Assembly: GCA_000934665.2 (NCBI GenBank)
Contig: JYFJ02004426.1
Location: 1 to 32,274, forward strand
Length of the DNA: 32,274 nucleotides
Direction: 5' to 3'
From: Catajapyx aquilonaris
Taxonomy: Eukaryota
Below the pieces are notes generated by a model. The model saw only the letters and a list, made by a program, of their open reading frames with translations, did not search any database and was not told the DNA's origin. The translations under genes were made by a program, and so were the position numbers. Positions 31,489 through 32,274 of this stretch are shown piece by piece (position 1 is the first letter of the stretch; the number at the start of each line of letters is the position of its first letter).

Positions 31489-31992
31489 CGAAACGGATCG
31501 TCGCTGGCCCTTCGGACCCATTCCCGGCTTCTTCCATACCACCCGTTCAAATTACCGTTTTTAAATTAATTTCTTTTGCCGAGCACCGCCCCCCCCCCCC
31601 CATCCAGCCNCCCCCCGAGAAACACGCTTAACTTGCATACTACACAATTTCCGGGTTTTCCATTAGATTCCCCATACCAAGAAACCGCTAAGTACCAAAA
31701 ATCTTGCCGATAGCACTAATGATACGAGCTTCTTCAGTGCCTTTCATAAAGTGTTCAATTTTTTGGCATTTTGACCCCCATATCTCAAAAACGCTTGATA
31801 TCCGAAGGGTGCTTTCTTTCTAGCAGGTGCGGAATCTGATTAAAATTATTTGAACATGAAGTTCGCTTAGCACTTTGAGAGGTTCCCGTGCTGTTGGGTC
31901 TTTGGTGAAAGAACCAGGTAGCTCCACGGATTTTAAAATTTATTTACTTATGATTTATTTGGTTACCGGCTTACTACTTAATACCATTTTAA

Positions 31993-32274
31993 CCCTTTGA
32001 TGACGGAGTTTTTTTTCCCCCTTTTCCGGAAATTTTATGACCTCGCCGATTTTCTTGAAATTCGGTGCATTGGTAGCCCACCCCAAGGGATGAAAAACGC
32101 ACCTATAGTTACCTGATCAAAATGACCTCGTGACCCAATTTTGAGGGGGGGGCAGAGGTCAAATTTCGACCTCACCGGATTTTTTTCAAATTCGGTGCAT
32201 TGCTAGCCCACACCAAGGGATTAAAAACGCACCTATAGTTACCTGATCAAAATGACCTCGTGACCCAATTTTGA
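31993..32274. mobile_element. piggyBac-like left end followed by a 130-bp tandem repeat running off the window
   Basis: TTAA (31989-31992) then CCCTTTG; AAATTCGGTGCATTG...AAAAACGCACCTATAGTTACCTGATCAAAATGACCTCGTGACCCAATTTTGA occurs at 32058 and 32188. Confidence 0.7.

Noticed and set aside
31213..31569. Overlapping sense and antisense ORFs sharing MSTxDIDDVHPF
   Set aside because: Produced by the 31279-31488 foldback.

Overview
Eukaryotic, probably invertebrate genomic DNA with short spliceosomal introns and many tRNA-derived SINEs and non-autonomous DNA transposons; the organism cannot be named from sequence alone. All homology calls are from recalled motifs and manual splicing, not database searches. 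Five gene-like units were reconstructed. (1) A nardilysin/M16A peptidase C-terminal gene on + (3347-4720) broken by a 7-bp ATCTAGA duplication. (2) A minus-strand multi-exon ORF (11106->6336) that appears to join a PP2C-like N-terminal exon, an extended Tudor domain with a degenerate aromatic cage, and the C-terminus of a UBE2V/Uev1A/MMS2 ubiquitin E2 variant; this is the most unusual element. (3) An orphan acidic exon (15074-15283). (4) A six-exon uncharacterised helical protein gene (19563-23666) with a GC-AG intron, a disrupted fourth exon and a 20-aa repeat. (5) An ankyrin-repeat exon (29543-30100). The rest is mobile DNA: modular SINEs with target-site duplications (one carrying a 290-bp hairpin), a 2-kb Sola1-like element with nested inserts, Harbinger, mariner-type, piggyBac-type and Helentron/DINE-like remnants, and several long palindromes.
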